A stretch of DNA of 63,812 nucleotides, filler included, from Octopus bimaculoides (Eukaryota), in NCBI RefSeq assembly GCF_001194135.2. It is 8 parts of 8 records of this genome, joined end to end, with 100 filler letters (N's around TTAATTAATTAA, not from the genome) between each part and the next. Parts side by side here need not be neighbours in the genome. Positions count along the whole stretch, not along the records: positions 61,990 to 63,812 come from NW_026397956.1; 7 more parts are not named here. One strand, 5' to 3'. Made by a program: the position numbers and the translations under genes. This document shows positions 63,452-63,812 of this stretch, one piece after another. Numbering within the stretch: the first letter of the stretch is position 1; the number at the start of each line of letters is the position of its first letter. A model generated the notes under the pieces. That model was not told the origin of the DNA. It saw only the letters and a list, made by a program, of their open reading frames with translations, and did no database searches.

Positions 63452-63812
63452 AGTCTGTCTGTCTGTCTGTCTGTCTTTCTATCTATCTGTCTATCTATGT
63501 CTATTTATCTATCTAACTAACCATCATCATGGACGGACGGTAGGTACATCGGCTCCCATGTAAGTTGCATTTTTCACTTCTTAAAAGACCCATTTTGTTT
63601 TTAAATTTTGTATAAGTTGTGTATAACACAAAATACTCCGGGAAAATATATTTTTCAAATCGGAAATAGCTCTATTTAGAGCCTTATTTCCAAAAATTCA
63701 AAAACGTCTTCCTCGATCCTCGCCATATTTTGTAAAGAAAATATGGCTAAGGTTTTCAAAGGGGCCGATTTCCCGCTCCTAATGCCAGAGGCGAAAACAC
63801 TTAATGCCGTTC

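Larger units (their letters stand above)
1..63812. repeat. Very dense simple repeats throughout: (TA)n, (CA)n, (GA)n, (TACA)n, (GATA)n, (TCCA)n, (TTA)n, (CAT)n, (TAC)n
   Basis: Directly visible, e.g. (GATA)n 3450-3492, (TAC)n 5214-5280, (TTA)n 29077-29156, (TCCA)n 49360-49460; most N-gaps open or close in one. Confidence 0.98.

Noticed and set aside
63660-63750. Cluster of small palindromes (AAATAG/CTATTT, GCCATATTTT/AAAATATGGC)
   Set aside because: Probably a DNA-transposon subterminal region cut by the window edge; cannot be classified.

Overview
AT-rich, microsatellite-saturated animal genomic DNA from a gappy scaffolded assembly. The SINE/LINE repertoire looks cephalopod (Octopus-like); I recognised this from memory, not from a database search. 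The only well-supported protein-coding gene is a minus-strand multi-exon gene for a tandem group A (6-Cys) SRCR-repeat protein at about 53.4-59.8 kb. Seven exons are visible, covering one complete SRCR domain, two C-terminal half-domains and three short Ser/Thr/Pro-rich linker exons. Splice phases are fully consistent, one exon is predicted inside an N-gap, and the 5' end is not visible. The rest is intronic or intergenic: dead mariner, Gypsy and Tigger-like fragments, R4/Dong-type non-LTR retrotransposons stacked in (TAA)n tracts, CR1-like fragments, four SINE families, a SINE-derived 100-bp minisatellite, a degenerate Penelope-type hammerhead ribozyme and three long near-perfect hairpins. 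Seven 44N-TTAATTAATTAA-44N blocks are artificial scaffold joins. Nearly all ORFs in the supplied track are microsatellite or N-run artefacts. No rRNA, tRNA or CRISPR array is supported.
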